Positions 53,256-64,000 of a stretch of DNA of 64,000 nt are shown in pieces. The stretch is from Octopus vulgaris (Eukaryota). The stretch lies in the NCBI GenBank assembly GCA_951406725.2, contig OX597816.1:51026001-51090000 (forward strand), read 5' to 3'. Numbering within the stretch: the stretch's first letter is position 1; each line of letters starts with the position of its first letter. A model generated the notes under the pieces. The model was not told the origin of the DNA, made no database searches, and saw only the letters and a list, made by a program, of their open reading frames with translations. The translations under genes and the position numbers were made by a program.

Positions 53256-53689
53256 TTGAGTGGCTGGTAGGGAGAAAAAAGAGAAAACTACTTACCATTA
53301 ACACTCTGGGGCGGGAATGGTGCAGATGTCGCGTCCCTTAAGTGGAGTGTGGTGGTCTCCATGACCAAAGATTCATAGAGGCTCCAGAACATTTTCGTGC
53401 TGAAGCCTCCAACCGCCAGTCGGAATTTATATTTTATGTTGCTGTATGTATGTTGCGATGTTCGAAGTATATGTATTATACGCGGGGAAAAGAAAATCAT
53501 TCATTTTGGAGGCTTTTTGAGGGCTACAGCTTGTTTATTTTTTGTACTATTGTGCCTTTTTCTTCGTCTTTTACGTGTGACATCTGTCCTCCTAATTCTG
53601 GTGGTCTCTCTTCACGACATGTCTCAATAGTCACAGTCAGAAAAGGGTAGTCCTAGTAGGTCGAAATTTGCCGAATTTTATTCCTTTGG

Positions 53690-54430
53690 CAAGAGCTACG
53701 TTTTTGTAGGAACTATGGTAGTGGTTGTGGTCAGCGTCTCTGTTGTTGTTTGCGTTGTCGTCTCTCGTGTAGTTGTTGTTGTTGATGTTCCTACTGTAGT
53801 TTTGTTTGCTTCAATTGTTGTGATATAGGTGGTGCTTGTATCAAGGGGGAAGTGCCTTCCTTCTGGCCACAAGTCTTTCAGGTGTTTATTCCATCCGCAT
53901 TGATAACACCTTGGCCTTCTGCCCTCATCTATGCCATCTGCATAGTTCGCATTGTGAGGAGCCGTCAGCAATTTGTTCCAAAACCTATTGGTTTATTTGG
54001 ACTATTAGTTGCAATTCCTGACAAGTCCAGCATGTTTCCCCTTGTTTTTCTACTTCTACTTGGATGATTCTGATTTTTTCTCCTAAGTCGACGAGGACAG
54101 CTGCGACAATCCAGCAATCATTCATTTCTGGTGGTGTCTCCAGTATTTCTATCTTGGCGACGCCCCCTACCAAGTATGTTGGAACTAGGACACGTTCACT
54201 GTTTCTCAGCTGGACTCTTGAGTGCTGTTTTGTTATGTCTACTGTAGCAAATCTGACTTCACTTGTGTCATATTTCTTATCCCGCGACAAATGGGTTGCA
54301 AGTATTTTTCAACTGCTTGCTTTGTGGCAGTTTCTAAACACCTATTTTCTAAAGATATAGTTTTGTTCATTGTGATATATGTGTTTGTATTGTCTATAAT
54401 ATCTGTAGGAAACAGCATTGTCACAACTAA
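53690..54430 (-). pseudogene. Tx1-type LINE ORF1 remnant with zinc knuckle
   Basis: EGRRPRCYQCGWNKHLKDLWP (CX2CX4HX4C with last C changed to W) upstream of ORF2 on the same strand. Confidence 0.75.
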
Positions 54431-54921
54431 ATGCCAATTACTACTATTTGATCAAAAGATTCGGCGTTAGGAGAACTAGGTCAATGGCAAGTGGTCACAA
54501 TAACATTCACAGAGAATGTAGAGACCTTACAAACCCTATGCATATCAACACAACCGTTGGTCTATAAGTTCCAAGTATTTTGACACGTTAGAATAAAGGA
54601 AAAAATATAAATCTAAAATTTATTCAAATTTGGAGAAAGAGACTATCACTTATTATGAGTAGGCATAGTACTTATTAACTGGGGGAAAAGTTAATCAAGT
54701 GAACATATTAGGGGTCAAAATATATACTAAGAAAGATGGAAGAGGGAAGATATTCATAGGTTTAGTAGAAGGTAATATTTTATAATATGAAGAGAGGTAA
54801 TTTAGAAGAGTAAATTATTCAAATTTCATGGATAGTGAGTAGATATTTATGAATTAAAATATAGGATCTATTGGAAATAAAATTTACTATCTGCGGCTGA
54901 AAGTTAATTAGTTAGGTAAAA

Positions 54922-55399
54922 ATATCTTAGGTTAATTATATATTAAGAAATGGGAGTAAGATAATCAAGATGAACCAAATAGTTTCCCTATGGACATAGG
55001 ATTAATACTACTTAGTATTGGAGAACATTATAAAAGAAGTAGAATTTAATTCTAAGTTTGCAATGAAGTGTTTTAATCATTTATGAGTGTTAAACTAAAA
55101 CCGGTACGGTATATTCTTTCCTATTTGCTTAATATATTTTGTGAAGATATCTTAGACTAATTATATATTAAGAAATGGAAGTAAGATAATCAAGGTGAAC
55201 CGAATAGTTTCTTTAGGGACATACGATTCATATTATTTAGTATTCCTACAATTTGGGATTCATACTATTTAGGATTCCAACTATTTAGAGTCATACAGTT
55301 CAATTTTAGAAAAAAGAAGAATTCAATTTTAAGTTTGCAGTGAAGATATTTTAGTCATCTATGAATGTTTAATTGAAAGCCAGTATGGTATATTCCTTC
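54922..55399 (+). repeat. Two diverged tandem units (54922-55120, 55147-55399), possibly PLE pLTRs after a faint GIY-YIG remnant (about 54690-54900)
   Basis: ATATCTTAG..TAATTATATATTAAGAAATGG.AGTAAGATAATCAAG.TGAACC.AATAGTTTC repeated at 225-bp offset; upstream IFIGLVEGN. Confidence 0.7.
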
Positions 55400-55794
55400 T
55401 TTTTCGGTTATAAAGAATTAAAACTTGAAAAATATAGGAATATTCACAAAATTATTATTTAAAGTATTTAAACGTTCGGGTCATACGATGTATACAAGAT
55501 TCTCCTAGCTCCAAACGGTTATTCAACATATTTATATTACTCTGATGTTTCAAAATTTCATAGAACAAAGTTGGCAACCATCCCTACTATTTCTATAAGG
55601 TTGCACTCTTCATACTATATCCCATTTTAGGTTGAATTCTATATTATTTGTTTTTAGTTCCCACATTTTGCTAGATAATGTTGTACAACCTCCCTTATGT
55701 GACAATGCTGTTGCCTACATAAATTCCTTATATGGAGATCTGACATCCCCTTTACCCCATTTCTATTATTAGAGTAAGGGTGGTGAGAGAGAAG

Positions 55795-56386
55795 GACGAT
55801 GACGACAATAACGATGATGGCGATGGTGATGCTAATGAAGATGATGATGATGATGATGATGATGATGACGACGACGAATACGACGACGACAAGGATGATG
55901 ATAATGATGACGGTCGTGATGATGTTGATGATGAGGATAGTGGTGCGAAGAGGAAGTAGAAGAGAAAGAAGAGGAAGAAAAGGAGGAAAAGAAGAATTGA
56001 AAGAAGAGAAGAAAAGAAAGAAAGAAAAAGTAAAGGAAGAATAGAAATGAAGATGAAAAATGAAGAGGAAGAAGAGAAGAAAAGAAAGAAGAATAAGAAA
56101 AGGAGGAGAAAGAAGAAGAGAAAGAAGAGAAGAAAAGAAAGAATCATGAGAAGAGAAAAGAAGATGAAGAAAAGAAAGAAAAAGTAAAAGAAGAAGAGAA
56201 ATGAAGATAAAAAAAGAAAAAAGAGGAAGAAGGAGAGAAAGAAGTAGTAGAGTAAAAAGAGGGAGGATGAGGAGAAAAAGTAGAAGGAGGATGAGGAAGA
56301 ATATGAAAGAAGAAGAAGAAGAAGAAGAAGAAGAAGAAGAAGAAGAAGAAGAAGAAGAAGAAGAAGAAGAAGAAGAAGAAGAAGAA
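55795..56386. repeat. (GAT/GAC)n, purine-rich low-complexity tract and (GAA)n
   Basis: Direct reading. Confidence 0.95.
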
Positions 56387-57303
56387 AGCAGAAAATATAC
56401 TGCAATGGTTTCATGTCGACAGTGGCAGGTTACCAGGATTATATAGTGAGGGAGAGTAATTCTCCTTGTTTTTTTAGTAGTTGGACAGACGGTTACCTAT
56501 TATAAGATAGGATATAATTCAAAAATATAATTTGATAAGCATAGTTTTGATACCAAAATTGACGTCAGTGATAAAATGTCAGCAACCTCTAGATAATGCT
56601 GAAGATGCAATTTCTCATTAGATTACTACCTACGTTTCTATTTTTAAAGCTAGTTAATGCAAACACTGAAATTATACGAATAATGTTGATAATGATGACT
56701 AAGAAAACGTAGAAACATGTTCGACATCATCAGTGCGTTGTTGGTGGTGATGAGGATATTGAATTAATATATATTTCTTTTCTGCTTTTACTTTTGCTCT
56801 GATAGTGTAAGGCGTGTCGAATGTGTTTTATCGATTTATTTTTCGCGAAAGGTTCACGAGATATTGAAAATGCCAACTGATATAATTGTTTGATTTAATA
56901 ATGGCATGAAACAATGCAGTTAAGTACTTAAAAAACTGTCGACATGGAAATGATGTAACAACACACGAATCACATTTCGGTATATTTTGCTGTTGTTGTT
57001 ATTTTCTAAATTAATGTAGCGTTTTTTTAAATATTTCGATTCGTTTGTGTCTTAATGCATGATAAACAAGGTTTCTACATGTAAAGATTATTTGTTAAGA
57101 TGAGAACCCAATTTTCTATATGAATAGTGACAATGTCTAGTAAAGGTTACGTTTAAAAGCGGTATGGAATGTGCGTACTTAATAGGTCATTGTACAGGTT
57201 AACCTTCATAAAAAATATTCAGAGATGCTTTTAATATATCTTCATTAAGCGACGATGGTGGAAGAAGTATTAACACAAGATACTTACGGATACACACACA
57301 CAC

Positions 57304-57383
<80 letters not shown>

Positions 57384-57525
57384 CTTTCACTTTCTGTCTA
57401 CGAAATGTATTCACAAGGGTTTGGTCGTCCCGAGGCTATAGTAGAAGACAGACGCATGTCCAAGTTGCCACGCAGTGGGACCGAACCCAGAACCATTTTT
57501 CTTACCATACAGCAGCGTTCGTGCT
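57384..57525 (-). mobile_element. SINE family A, 5' half
   Basis: TCACAAGGGTTTGGTCGTCCCGAGGCTATAGTAGAAGACA..GCCACGCAGTGGGACCGAACCC. Confidence 0.85.
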
Positions 57526-58139
57526 TGTTAACTCTATTGTTATCATTCATGGTGTGTTTATTTAAATATTATGAAGATAACGTTGTACGGTTCGTAATAC
57601 CATTTGCAAAACAAGAACCAATACAGTGAAATTATTCTATAAAGCTGTCTCTAAACATTTTTCAAAGGATATCAAATATCACTAAGTAATAATCCCACAC
57701 AAATTAAGGGCGAGTTTCTATGCTTCAAAAACTTTGCACAAATTATATTTGCACAAAATAATAAAATATTGAAAGATTTCTATAGTAATAGAAGTAAGGA
57801 AAATGCAAATGATTTTACTTAATGGCCAGAAATGACGGGGATCATAACGATAGTATGAAATGCACAACAAACGTAAGGAGGCAAGTAGCCTTTAATAACT
57901 ACCCATTAATACTGAAAAATATAAACTCGCAGCATCTATAAAAAGGAGGAAAAAATAAGCGTAATATATATATATAACAGCAATAATAATAAGCGTATAT
58001 ATACATATATATAACATCAATGATAATAAAAATACTATTGCAAATTATTAAAAAAATATCCTCTTTAAATAATAATATTTGCTGATACTATAGTCGCAAC
58101 AACGAGCATAAAATAAGTTATAATATAAATATTAAGTAC

Positions 58140-58254
58140 CTTTATTTACATTTAACGGATATTTGTTCTCATCTATACTCTCCAGCCTTCATCGGGTGTC
58201 TTAGGGAAATTTCGAACCTGGGTTTTCATTCCTAAGGTATTTTTCGATGTTATG

Positions 58255-58326
<72 letters not shown>

Positions 58327-58510
58327 TCAGGTAGTGGTTAAGAGCGCGGTCTACTAACCCCAAGATTCCGTGTTCGATTCCTGGCAATGACCTGAATATA
58401 CATCAGTAGAAACGGGGTGTTTACAAGAAAAAAGATGAGGATAAATGTCCGTCAAATGTAAATCATATAAATAATGCACATAATTCCTCATCTCTTAAAT
58501 ATAGAACTGT
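58140..58510. mobile_element. Head-to-head pair of partial repeats with a tRNA-like head, (ATT)n and split hammerhead halves
   Basis: TTTACATTTAACGGATATTTGTTCTCATCT (58144-58173) mirrors AGATGAGGATAAATGTCCGTCAAATGTAAA (58433-58462); tRNA-like GTAGTGGTTAAGAGCGCGG..GTTCGATTCC at 58331-58381; minus-strand GACAC-CCGATGA-AGGCTG near 58185-58200. Confidence 0.65.
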
Positions 58511-58639
58511 ATAAATATTAAGGTAGATAATAAAAAAAGATAAGTCACTAAATACGAGTAATAGCACAGGAAATAAACCTAAGTAAAATAACCCTGAAAA
58601 CGAGAAAATAGGCGCAGCATTGTTAAAAAGGAAACAGTG

Positions 58640-59050
58640 AACGATCCTCATAATAAAACTTGTGATTGTGCAATAAAAATATAAATTTAGAAAATTTTGT
58701 TGAACAGAATATGTAAAATACAAGTGTAAAGTAATGTCTGAGGGGCAGGATTACTACTATATAGGCTCCACATAAATTATATAAAAAGCATGATATCCAA
58801 TCATGAAAGCACGTTTAGAGATAGGAGAAAAGAAATTAGCACTAGTTTAAGTAGATTAATTTGTGCAATTATGGACAAAAAAGGACTATGCATTGAAGTG
58901 GGAAGTAATGAACACGGCAAAATTTTATAGCAATGGAAGAAAAAGGTGTAACCTGTGCGTAGAGGAACTTTTCCACATCATAACATGCAAGCATATATTC
59001 ATAAATAATAAGAGGCAAAGAGGATTTTTGTTATCCACACAGGATTGCAT
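58640..59050 (+). mobile_element. Penelope-like element remnant, Naiad-like GIY-YIG domain
   Basis: VKYKCKV..YYYIGST..ISNHESTFRDRRKEISTSLSRLI..YALKWEVMNTAKFYSNGRKRCNLCVEELFHI. Confidence 0.85.
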
Positions 59051-59101
59051 GTGTGTTAATAAAGTCAAATAAATAAAATCAAATAGATATTGTAAGAATA
59101 C

Positions 59102-59515
59102 GGATCTTTTCTGTTTGAACGGCACTTTTTAATATAATTTCTAACTAAAAAATTTTAAACTTCGTATACTGGTCGAATCTTTTTCTCTTGGCATTATTCA
59201 AAAAATGCTATAGTTTGTAAGATATTTGTTGTTGTTTTTCTTCAATTTCTGCACTTTTAACCAATCAGTGACGTCTATTGAGGTAAAAAACATTCTGTGC
59301 CGTATGAATATGTCCCTCGTTTAAGAAACAGATTGGGTTTATTTACCTTTGTGAAAGAAAATATATACCCCGCCCCCACCCCTAACCCTAACCCTAAGTA
59401 ACCCTAACCCTACAACAGATTGAAATGCAATAGATCGATACTAGGGTCATAATTATGGGTGACAATTTCATATGACACCGCTAGAAAAAAACTGCCGTTC
59501 AAACCGAAAAGAACC
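59102..59515. mobile_element. MITE (414 bp) with ~23-bp TIRs and 9-bp TSD, Mutator/MULE-like
   Basis: GGATCTTTTCTGTTTGAACGGCA ... TGCCGTTCAAACCGAAAAGAACC; TAAGAATAC at 59093-59101 and 59516-59524; internal (TAACCC) repeats. Confidence 0.9.
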
Positions 59516-59730
59516 TAAGAATACATATACATCTAGTAAATCCAAATAAATATAATTGAATAGGCATTATGTGAATAAATCAATGTCCCGAATTGACGTT
59601 TATATAATAATAATCAAATAGAGGAATATACATTGAAACCCTTACTATAAGATTGTGTAACGAAATAAAGGAATTTACAATTGTATGAAATAAATGAGAG
59701 ATAGAGAACTTGTTATATTCATATGAAAAA

Positions 59731-59811
<81 letters not shown>

Positions 59812-60098
59812 TGTATGTATAATTTCAAATACTAAATTATATTTAAATATACACACCGTGAATGATGGAATTCAAATGAGCACAGGAACAAATCTTAAAG
59901 TTAAATGTACTCCCTCCATTTGCAAATAATGTAACTCCATGCCTGTGAAGCATAGAAAATCGTACCGACTTTATGATTTATAAAAATCAATTTAACGAAA
60001 TATGTATAATAGCCAAAACTATCAACAAATAATGCATCTAAATAAATAATAAATTTTAATAAAATTGAAATTCTCTCAGTTAAATATGTAGAAGTTAA

Positions 60099-60139
<41 letters not shown>

Positions 60140-60179
60140 TAAATAAAATAAACATATGCATATATATAAACATATATGT

Positions 60180-60610
60180 ACGTACCTACCTCTACATGTA
60201 CAGGACACCAAAACGACGTCGAACACAGTGAGAAATGAAAACATAGACACAAACCAAAGGAACTGCACATTTTTTTAAACAACAAAAACATAGAGTACAG
60301 GACAATTAACACAAAGAAAAACCCCCTTCTTCAGTCGCTATGGTTTCATCTACTCTACGTTTCGAAGGTGAAAGCGAGACGTATCTTCGACAAAAAACTT
60401 TCCTTCCTGCGAAAAGCAAATCAATTAAGATTCTGAGATCTTTTCGCAGAGGGGTAAAAGATGGTAACAAAAACAGGACAGTAACGACAGTACAAATTAT
60501 AAATAGTAAAAGACAGGACAAGGAAAAACAACATAAGGAGGGCTGTTAACGCCGAACGAAAAAAAGGATTGCGAACGCGGATCTTTTTTCTTGTTAATGA
60601 ACGACGAACA
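60180..60610. repeat. Unclassified interspersed repeat flanked by (TA)n; related scraps near 1740-1800 and 20030-20190
   Basis: CCCCTTCTTC.GT.G....GTTTCA and TTCATCTACTC.AC.TTTCGA blocks recur. Confidence 0.55.
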
Positions 60611-61205
60611 TATATATATATATTACTCTTTTGACAAGCGCGTAGGGATAGGAGTGGCAGCCAACCTCTGACAAAACAGATCTAAATCCCATTACCGTTG
60701 AATAGCAATAGGACCTAGTACATCAGGACTGCGACTAGCCATTGTCCACTGTAGTCGTAGTTTAAACTCTATTTTTAGAATGGATTCCAAAGATATACAT
60801 GCTGACGCAAACTCAGAAGCATATACACATGGTGCTATTCAGTCTGTAAGCAACTCTATATCCTTTAGGATATCAATGAATATACGTCAGTTTTGCCCTG
60901 AAGTTACTTGTACCGTTTAAACTCGTAATGCATTTTAATTGTAAAACATGACTGAAAGTGAGAAATTTTATTTCTATTATTAAAATTCTTTCCTCCTATA
61001 TGAATAGATGTAAATATCTATAATCACAACTGGAACTTCTTAGGGTTAAACACCGATGTCGAAGAAGAACTAACAGTAAACACTAATACTAACACAAAGT
61101 AACAAATTACTAGAAATGTAAAGGATATGGAGCTAAACAGGTGTTCGCTCGGATGAAATACGTCGCTGTTGGAAGAGCAAACGTTTTCCATTCGAAACTT
61201 CATAA

Positions 61206-61209
<4 letters not shown>

Positions 61210-61250
<41 letters not shown>

Positions 61251-61455
61251 ATAATATCTATCTATATATATATAGAGAGAGAAAGAGAAAAAGATAGATC
61301 GATAAATAGATAGATACATATAGGTATGCATACATAAATACATGCATATATACGTACACGCACATACATGTATGAATACATACATACATACATACATACA
61401 TACATACATACATACATACATACATACATACATACATGCATACATATATACATAC
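61210..61455. repeat. (CT)n and (TACA)n microsatellites
   Basis: Direct reading. Confidence 0.95.
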
Positions 61456-62762
61456 AACCATATCGGGATGCAAGCATCTGGACAAATTCAATAATTTGTT
61501 TTCGCCAGCGATCTAACGAAGAGTCAGAAAGGAAAATAACATATAAAAAGATGATGACGATGATATAAACATGATAATGAGGAGGAGGAAGAGGAAGAGG
61601 AGGGGGAAGAGGGAGTTGATGATATTAACTATGACGACGACGATGAAGATGATGATGATATATATTTACAGTTTTTACTAATACCCCATATATAATGCTC
61701 CGATAAATCACTCCATAATGCTTTTTCATGAAAACATTTTCCTTTCAGGAAGTTGGTCTAATATAGCTAAATGGATTAAAAGCAAATGTAATCCTGCGAA
61801 CGCGGACAGAAACATGAATGGCATTGTACTATTGGATCGCGTTTGTTCAGCACAGCTAGCATGAAACTGCTTCATCAGTAAATACTATTTTTCTTCGCAA
61901 GGAGAATACTTAACGCAAACTGTCCAATAGCAATTCTTGCATAATGAAATATAACGTTGCCCCCACTAACATAATTCATGCTATCTCTTAAGCATAATAA
62001 TTTATAGTATTTTCACTAATTCTTAAATTGTTGACGTTATATCACATTATCTTTACGATCTGCTAAAGGATGCAATAAATTTTGTTTTCATTCCAAGTTT
62101 GAACGCGAAATTCCGATATATTATTAATCTTTCAATATATATACATATGCGTGTGTGTGTGTGTATGTGTGTGTCTGTGAGTGTGCGTATTATTGTGTCT
62201 GGGGAGAGTTATTCTCTTTTCGTTCCTTATTACTTAATATAAACACCGACTCGATTTCCTCTCATTTAATTAATTATTTTGTCAAACATTTCCGTTGCGT
62301 CTTGCAAACTTTTCAACAGTCTTTGACTAGAAAAATAAATAATGAAATGAATGGAAATCGAACCGGTATGTGTGATAAGTAATAAGGCACTAAATGAGAA
62401 TGTCTCTCCACAGACAAAATAAAATATGATTCAACGCAGGAATTAATATAACGAATCTTGCAAACCAAATCCAAAAACGATATATATATATATATATTGA
62501 TTTGCATTTATACCTACTTCAGCCAATGAATGCTTCAGAGCTGTACGTCGATAACATTCGATGATCTAATTCACAATTCTGTCTCAAGATAATCTGATAC
62601 GCCTTGTTACTGATTAATATTGTGTTTTTAACTAAACTTTATCAAAGGTTAGACAACGAGAGTTCTTTAAGCAGCAGGTGATAACTTGTTTGCATGGCAT
62701 TCATATACAATCTTTTGGAAAAATAGATTAATTTTAGTGTCTTACATTGAAATATATAGGTA

Positions 62763-63140
62763 ACTAGAAGAGATACCCGGCGTTGCCCGGTTACATTCAA
62801 TTGAAGAATTGGACTTTTCTGTTATATTTTCTGTAATGAACTGGAATATCTATGTTTCGAATTTCATCTAAATTACAGATGAAGGTTATTTCCTTCTTTA
62901 CACACCCTAAAAGAATTGTAATCGTGCCGCATGTATCCCATACTACTTATTTTTATGCGCACATTCCAAAATTCTAGTGTTATTGAACCTGTTAAAAAGA
63001 TTTGGCTCCAAAAAAATGAAGGTCATGGAGCTCTAAAATGTGTGAGTTAAGGCCCCTGTTGGGGTGAGCATCTTAATGTCAACCAGAGGAGTTGAATTGT
63101 TGAAAATCTTTTAAACTTGGGTCTTATATCTATTATTTGA
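62763..63140. mobile_element. Possible non-autonomous Helitron-type element
   Basis: Begins ACTAG..ACCCGGCGTTGCCCGG, a terminal hairpin style recalled from rolling-circle non-autonomous families; the other end is uncertain. Confidence 0.4.
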
Positions 63141-63279
63141 ATTTCTTTGAAATAGGAAAAATATGTTCACTGGGTTTGTAAAAGAGATTAAAGCTACAGG
63201 AAACCAAAAGACGAATGATCACAATAAGCAGTCAGTTACCCTACCCTAGTCGTTGCTTGAAGTACCGTTTCAAGAACTA

Positions 63280-63345
<66 letters not shown>

Positions 63346-63642
63346 GTATGTATGTATACACACACACATACACAAACACACACCCATACACAAATACACA
63401 CACACACACAAAATAAATTGATAGATACAACTGAGTGGGCAAACAAAAAAATAAGACACTTCGTAGTGCTTTTTTATATTTTGATAAGCCTGGTACTTAT
63501 TCTATCAGTTTCTTGTTGTGAAACCAGTAAGTTATGGGGATGTAAATAAACGAACACCAGTTTTGAAGCAGTGATGAGGGAGAAACACTAAGACACACAC
63601 ATAGACTTACATATATACATACATATACATAAAATTGAGTTC

Positions 63643-63795
63643 ATTCAGTTTCTGTCTACAAAATCCACTGACAAGGCTTTGGTTGGTCTCATGTTATAGC
63701 AGAAGTCACATGCCAAGTTACGACACTGTGGGACTGAACTAAGGACCATGTGTTTTGGAATCAAGTTTGTTACCACACAGCGACACTTGCACCTA
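63643..63795 (-). mobile_element. SINE family A, 5' half
   Basis: TTCAGTTTCTGTCTACAAAATCCACTGACAAGGCTTTGGTTGG..GTGGGACTGAAC..TTACCACACAGC. Confidence 0.85.
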
Positions 63796-64000
63796 TGTAT
63801 GTGTGTGGGGGGGGGCGATCGATGTATGTGTGGGGTGTGTGGATCGGTGTGTTTGTGGGGGTGGATCGGTGTGTATGTGTATGGGTGTATATATGTATGC
63901 ATGTATATATATGTATATATGAGTACATATTACATGAACATCTATATATACATCTAGACATATAGATCTAGACATATATAAACTGTATATCTGTAGAAAT

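Noticed and set aside
58331-58385. tRNA gene
   Set aside because: It has A/B-box-like motifs but no complete acceptor stem; it is a repeat head, as are the other SINE heads.
59380-59412. Telomere or chromosome-fusion site
   Set aside because: Only a few units, internal to a MITE bounded by TIRs and a TSD.

Overview
AT-rich, microsatellite-saturated animal non-coding DNA. The SINE repertoire looks like an octopus/coleoid cephalopod genome; this is inferred from recalled repeat sequences, not from a search. No host protein-coding exon can be supported, and nearly all ORFs in the track are translations of (TA)n, (CA)n, (AAT)n, (AGC)n or (GAA)n repeats. The window is a transposon graveyard: at least 4 tRNA-derived SINE families (about 18 copies), 6-7 Penelope-like element (PLE) GIY-YIG remnants of two types, 4 R4/Dong-type RLE LINE fragments near (TAA)n, a 3'-truncated Tx1/L1 LINE, an RTE fragment, a decayed Tc1 transposon, a MITE with a 9-bp TSD and a possible mini-LTR element. 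The most notable signal is about 10 minimal type I hammerhead-ribozyme motifs from several unrelated PLE terminal repeats. Many have non-canonical cores (G3/U8, U6, C4). A second candidate is a conserved SECIS/kink-turn-like module at the end of a trinucleotide-flanked repeat, present in 3 copies. All translations and folds were done by eye, and boundaries of decayed elements are approximate.
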